Shown piece by piece: positions 27,656 to 32,000 of a stretch of 32,000 nt of DNA. The DNA is taken from positions 270,001 through 302,000 of the forward strand of contig OZ245049.1 of assembly GCA_965224465.1 (NCBI GenBank). The letters run 5' to 3'. The stretch comes from Flavobacteriaceae bacterium. GTDB taxonomy: Bacteria > Bacteroidota > Bacteroidia > Flavobacteriales > Flavobacteriaceae. The position numbers and the translations under genes were made by a program. A model generated the notes under the pieces. That model was not told where the DNA came from and made no database searches. It worked only from the letters and a program-made list of their open reading frames with translations. Every line of letters starts with the position of its first letter. Positions within the stretch are counted from its first letter, which is position 1.

Positions 27656-27913
27656 CAGCTATGAGGAAGTAGCTACTAGTCTAAACAATATCAAAGAAAT
27701 TGATAATTCTCACGAAGACTGGGAAGATTATTCCAACGAGGAAAAATCTAAAGAAAAAGAAGAGCTAACTGAAAAGGTAAAAGTATACAGAAGTTTATAT
27801 ACTGATTTAGAATCAAAACCAGAGATAAATATAAGTGAATATATATGGGCAGAACAACCTGGATGTCTTTTATTTGACTGTGAATTACATAATAACCTAC
27901 TAGATGATAAATA
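27653..27913 (+). pseudogene. start-less open frame immediately right of IS30 (gene fragment)
   Basis: Frame FSYEEVATSLNNIKEID...CELHNNLLDDK* is open for about 86 codons with no Met, and begins in the last 3 nt of IS30. Confidence 0.35.
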
Positions 27914-27973
27914 ACAGCACCTAATCGAGTAGATGGCTCCAAGTGGACATAAAATAAACTATTTATATTGGTA

Positions 27974-28108
27974 TTATAGCTAGGTGAAAAATGGAAGGAT
28001 AGCCATTAATTTGCTTACTGAGCCTTTGCTGAAGTATCATTCTGTTTTTTAACAACGCCAGCACATAAAACAAACTATTTATATCGATCATTTTGGATTG
28101 TAGTTGGT
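27974..28108. repeat. diverged copy of the 25979-26088 segment
   Basis: Shared blocks TTATAGCTAGG, GGATAGCC, CCTTTGCT and ATTTATATCG(G/A)TCATTTTG(A/G)ATTGTAGTTGGT. The minus-strand frame reads IPTTIQNDRYK*, compared with PPTTIQNDRYKLF in copy A. Confidence 0.7.
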
Positions 28109-28386
28109 ATAAGCAACACCGAAGATATTTAGCACAACACCTAGCGGTTAAAATAACGTTTCCCCGAGGAATCCCACTAATTTTATCGTCTTGTTGCACT
28201 GAACGCTGGGTAAAGATGGAATATACTATAATTATGTTTGGAGTGAAGACAAAGGAAAAACATGGTAAACAGAAAAATTAAGAGATTTTTTTGTAGCTCA
28301 TATACCTATTGAATATTATGCAAAGGTTATGTTTATGTAACTTACTTTAAAGGAGAACAGTCTGATATACCACCAATTTGATAGCT

Positions 28387-28519
28387 CGGATTTGAAATCC
28401 GTGCCCACAAAGTGCATCACATAAGGCTGCTCATGCAAAGCTTAAAAAACACATTAGATATTTGTGTATTATTTATGGGTTAGTTGTTGTGTATGAGGGA
28501 TGCACGGATTTCAAATCCG
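28387..28519. repeat. inverted pair of perfect 15-nt palindromes (CGGATTTGAAATCCG / CGGATTTCAAATCCG)
   Basis: CGGATTTGAAATCCGTGC at 28387-28404, and its reverse complement GCACGGATTTCAAATCCG at 28502-28519, bracket about 97 bp. Confidence 0.75.
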
Positions 28520-28524
28520 CGCGA

Positions 28525-29073
28525 TCGGGAAATAAAGAGGATAATGGAATTATATTAGATTTAAGAAATTACCCTAGAAACCTTGGTTTGAAAGATTTTT
28601 CTAAGTTTTTGTATCCTGAAAAAAAAGAATTTATTAAAGTACTACTCCCTTTAAAAGGAAATCCTTCCTTTGGGGAATATAATGCAGAGGCTCCTTTAAA
28701 AATTATCTCCAACCCATTTAAAGTTGGAAAGAAAAATTCTAATTATTATAAAGGAAAAATAGTCTTATTAGTAAATAGACGCACTGGGAGTATGTCTGAA
28801 TATTATGGAATGGCAATACAACAATCGCCAAATTGTATTACTATAGGAGAGCAAACAATGGGTGCCGTAATGAATATTCACTCGGTAATATTACCTGACA
28901 AACAAGCGTTTTATTTTACAGGTATGGGAGCTTTTTATCCAAATGGAGAAGGTGTGCAAAGGAAAGGTCTACGTATAGATCATAACATAATAGAAAGTGC
29001 AACTAATTATAATCCTAAATTATATATTGAGAAAGCAGTAGCCATTATTCAAAATGATATTGCTAATAACTAA
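28525..29073 (+). pseudogene. 5'-truncated S41-family (C-terminal processing) peptidase
   Basis: GIILDLRNYPRN, VNRRTGSMSEYY (Ser-nucleophile region) and IGEQTMG match the C-terminal half of S41 peptidases. No PDZ or N-terminal part is present. The called N-terminus (from 28462) is translated from the palindromic repeat. Confidence 0.6.
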
Positions 29074-29323
29074 GATGCTGTGTACGATGCGTAATGTTAA
29101 GCATGTGCCTAGTGTTTTTATCGTCTTGTCGCACTGAACGATAGGAGATTACAACCAAGAGCTACTAAAATAGCGGCTTCTGTCTTTTTAATAACTTGGA
29201 GACTGTTATTTTGGGTTTCATTACAGTCATTTAGTTGTTTTAAGACCTTGGTTTCTCTTGTATTTGATAGGTGTGATCCTACTTTTTCTGATTTAATAAT
29301 AAGGAGGATGTTTACATAGAGAA

Positions 29324-29476
29324 GCATGGTATGTCAAAAACACCTTAGGACATGCCTCTACTCAGACAACAGCCATTTACACTAAAACTATCGAAATAAA
29401 TACGGGACCTCTTAAAATTTTAAAAAAATTAGATATCTTTAACAAAAATACCAATTTACCCCCATCCAATTTATAG
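29324..29476 (+). pseudogene. C-terminal remnant of a tyrosine recombinase/integrase
   Basis: AWYVKNTLGHASTQTTAIYTKT matches the box II end (LGH-x-s-x-x-TT-x-IYt) that contains the catalytic Tyr. The frame is closed by TAA at 29300-29302, so upstream catalytic residues are absent. Confidence 0.55.
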
Positions 29477-29544
29477 GTATAACGGATATACCCTCAACTT
29501 TAAGGTTGTTATTTTGGATATAAGGATGTTGGCTTATAAATAAT

Positions 29545-29638
29545 AACCTCGGGGAAAGCCCACGAGGTATCAAAAAGAAAAAAATCTTAATCATTTCGAT
29601 GCAAGCATCGGAGAATTAAACCCACTGGTGGGATTAAA
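29545..29638 (+). repeat. REP/MITE-like element, copy 4
   Basis: CCTCGGGGAAAGCCCACGAGG hairpin, a conserved A-rich core, and the AAACCCACTGGTGGGATTAAA hairpin. Confidence 0.85.
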
Positions 29639-29654
29639 AATAACATATCTTAAA

Positions 29655-31688
29655 ATGAAACACATAGCAATTTGTTTTTTCCTGACTTTTTTTATTCATC
29701 AGACAATGAAGTCTCAAAATGATACCATTTTTTATAATCAGAAATGGAAAGAAACTTCAAAATCTAAAGCTACTTTTTACAGGCCTTTACCATTGAAACA
29801 ATTTGGAGAGAAATCTTTTATTAAAGATTATTACATAGATGGAACCCTCCAGTTTAAAGGCTGGTCAAAAACTACTGATTTAGACAATTTTTATATAGGG
29901 AAAGTAGTTTGGTTTTACGCAAATAGCAATAGGAAAACAGAAATTACCTATGTGAATGGTATAATGAACGGAGCAGAAATCAACTATTATGAAAATGGAG
30001 AAATTAAAAAAGAAAGAAAAATTGTAAACAATGAAATAGAGAATTCAAAATCATATAACAAAAAAGGAGAATTACTAAATACAATTCGTTATAAGAATGG
30101 ATCTCCATTTGAAGGAGTAAGTGATTGTTTTATCAACTATAAAAATGGAAAGAGAATTGGAAAAACTCTTTACTATGAAAATACGAATATACCTGCGTAC
30201 ATTAGTAAATGTACAAAAGAAGTTTGTTACAATTGGAATACAGAAACCTACTATAATAGAGATGGATCTATTCTACAAGAAAACAAGAAACAAGAATTAA
30301 AAGAAGGTAAGGAAATCGAATATTATAAAACAGATATTTGTGGTTATGTTAAATCCATAAAATCTTTTAAAACTTTTAAGAATGGGCACTTAAACGGACC
30401 ATTTGTTAGGTATGATTTAAATAAGAATGTATTATATAAAGGTAACTATAAAGATTCACAGCCTCAGAATGGAACTTTTGAGCTGTCAAAATTAAGTTTA
30501 ACTTTTATTTCAGAATATAAAAATGGAAGAAAAAATGGACTGGAATTTGTTATAAATAAGGGAAAGAAAATAGCAGAAGGCGTTTATCTAAATGGAAAAA
30601 GACAAACGGGTACTTTTGTTGAAGAAAGACGATTCACTAATCAGTTTAAAATACCAATTATAATAAACCTAATAAACGGGGTTGAAGAAGGCAAACAAAA
30701 ATACTACAATGCGGCAAGAGATATGACGATGGGTTATTATCATGCTAAAAAAGGTAAAAAAAACGGTGCTTACGCTGTTTTTGATTACAATAAAAATTTG
30801 ATAGCCGAAGCCACGTATAAAAACGGAAAACCTTATGATGGTACTGTTATGAATAATAGGAAGCAACGTTTATATAAAAACGGAGAACGGTTAAGAGAAA
30901 ATACGCATATAGATTTAGTAGAAATAGATAGAATGCACGCTTTTACTAAAGGTTCTGATAAAATTGAAGGATCTTATAATATGGGAGGTTTTGAAATGGC
31001 AGGTGCGATTGTTTTTTTAGATACCTACCAATTTTTATATTCTTTAAGTGTTGGAAGCTTAGATCTAGTTGCTTATGGTGCATACCATATAAAAAATGGA
31101 AAACTAACATTAAAAGTTCCTGAAGAACAGAAGCAAGCATATGTAGTTTATGGAAGAAAGGATCCAAATTTAAAAGATTCTATCCAAATTAGTTACTATA
31201 ATTATAATGCTAGAAGCAAACCATTAATTCAATTAAATAAGCAGTGGTACGCTATTGGTGACCCAAAACAACAGCAAGGAAGGATAAGAGAAAGGCGAGG
31301 TGCTGATAGTTTTAAAATAGGTATTAAAAAACTGTCATCTATGAATATAGGACTTAAAAAAGAGCGTCATAATAAATCTGACATAGTTTTAAAAAGTGTA
31401 CTAAAAACGGAAACGGTAAAAGATTATAATAATTTTATTATAGCTTATCATACAACAAATAGAGAAATTACGGAATTGGAGAAAAGTACCTTCTCTATTA
31501 AAGAAGGAAATATAATTAATGGTAAAAAGAAAAGAACAATCACCGAAGAAGAAAAGGAAAATGTCTTAGACTATATTATAGAAAACAAATCTTTTCCATA
31601 CAATATTAAGAGTAATACATTTCAAAAAATAAAGCTTTATTCGAGACAAAGTAATAAAAAAATCAAGAAGTATCTCCAACTAAATTAA
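29655..31688 (+). CDS. secreted YwqK/MORN-variant repeat protein with uncharacterised C-terminal half
   Basis: Signal peptide MKHIAICFFLTFFIHQTMKSQ. Repeated Y-x-N-G modules (YYENGEIKKE, YKNGSPFEG, YKNGKRIG, YKNGRKNG, YKNGKPYDG) as in YwqK-family proteins. I recognise no motif in the last ~270 aa. The track start at 29628 lies inside the REP element, so I prefer the ATG at 29655. Confidence 0.75.
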   Translation: MKHIAICFFLTFFIHQTMKSQNDTIFYNQKWKETSKSKATFYRPLPLKQFGEKSFIKDYYIDGTLQFKGWSKTTDLDNFYIGKVVWFYANSNRKTEITYVNGIMNGAEINYYENGEIKKERKIVNNEIENSKSYNKKGELLNTIRYKNGSPFEGVSDCFINYKNGKRIGKTLYYENTNIPAYISKCTKEVCYNWNTETYYNRDGSILQENKKQELKEGKEIEYYKTDICGYVKSIKSFKTFKNGHLNGPFVRYDLNKNVLYKGNYKDSQPQNGTFELSKLSLTFISEYKNGRKNGLEFVINKGKKIAEGVYLNGKRQTGTFVEERRFTNQFKIPIIINLINGVEEGKQKYYNAARDMTMGYYHAKKGKKNGAYAVFDYNKNLIAEATYKNGKPYDGTVMNNRKQRLYKNGERLRENTHIDLVEIDRMHAFTKGSDKIEGSYNMGGFEMAGAIVFLDTYQFLYSLSVGSLDLVAYGAYHIKNGKLTLKVPEEQKQAYVVYGRKDPNLKDSIQISYYNYNARSKPLIQLNKQWYAIGDPKQQQGRIRERRGADSFKIGIKKLSSMNIGLKKERHNKSDIVLKSVLKTETVKDYNNFIIAYHTTNREITELEKSTFSIKEGNIINGKKKRTITEEEKENVLDYIIENKSFPYNIKSNTFQKIKLYSRQSNKKIKKYLQLN

Positions 31689-31690
31689 AG

Positions 31691-31714
31691 CGTAGGTTTA
31701 AGTAACCTACGTTT
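31691..31714 (+). terminator. probable intrinsic terminator
   Basis: CGTAGGTT (31691-31698) pairs with AACCTACG (31704-31711), 5-nt loop, then TTT. It begins 3 nt after the stop codon. Confidence 0.5.
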
Positions 31715-32000
31715 AAAATGGTTACACATTTTAATTGAATACCATATCTGAAATTTAGAGACTTCTCAAATCAACTATTTTTGAAACCTAATTAACAGAA
31801 GTATTATAACCTAAGAACTGCAACATCAAAACCTGAAAATAATTCTTAAAAAGCAAAAAAAGTAAAGGACTGCCATACCAAGTTTTTATGCAGTACATAG
31901 CAGCACGCATAAATATGCTGTTTCCGATGCCAACTAAAAGAGAATACTATGGGATTGCATGTAATTTAGAGGCTGTCGACAATTGACCTTGGCAGCTTCC

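Noticed and set aside
27011-28281. ORFs 27011-27205(-), 27748-27942(-), 27963-28199(-) and 28093-28281(+)
   Set aside because: The first is antisense to the IS30 transposase. The second is antisense to the gene fragment at 27653-27913. The other two lie in degenerate repeat sequence, where the paralogous copies carry stops.
29118-29327. 69-aa minus-strand ORF
   Set aside because: It lies in the decayed region between the S41 fragment and the integrase remnant. It ends in the 25-nt repeat, and no motif is present.
30669-31167. ORFs 30669-30866(-) and 30946-31167(-)
   Set aside because: They are antisense to the YwqK-like gene.

Overview
AT-rich chromosomal segment of Bacteroidota/Flavobacteriia type. 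This rests on lipoprotein signals, a TonB-dependent receptor paired with a small lipoprotein, a LytTR two-component pair and TAnnTTTG-type promoter boxes. Recognisable genes: LytS-type histidine kinase and LytTR regulator. Divergent from them is a secreted EF-hand / YHYH / unknown / YHYH cluster. Then a CPXCG zinc-ribbon protein, a Bcr/CflA-like MFS exporter, a YitT-family protein, ATP-type 6-phosphofructokinase, a SatP-type acetate channel, a TonB-dependent receptor with a DUF4249-like lipoprotein, a YbcJ-like S4 protein, an SDR oxidoreductase, a small K+ channel, a Lys-rich cold-shock-domain protein, two tandem DEAD-box helicases and a large YwqK/MORN-repeat protein. Mobile DNA: an IS66-family element (tnpB+tnpC, imperfect GTAAGCG inverted repeats, perfect 8-bp target duplication), an IS30-family element sitting between two ORF fragments, and a decayed zone at 25.9-29.5 kb. 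That zone holds possible integrase remnants, a 5'-truncated S41 peptidase and several short repeat families. A 93-bp REP/MITE-like element occurs four times. The most unusual content is noncoding. Two ORF-free gaps of more than 1.1 kb (1059-2218 and 7073-8451) each carry a co-linear ~290-bp paralogous element with a hairpin whose arms differ in sequence but still pair. In locus I this is followed by three ~158-bp tandem units, each with a ~20-bp-stem hairpin, and then a plus-strand intrinsic terminator. Locus II carries diverged versions of the same hairpin unit. I cannot assign these loci to any RNA or mobile-element class I know. No tRNA, rRNA or CRISPR array was recognised.
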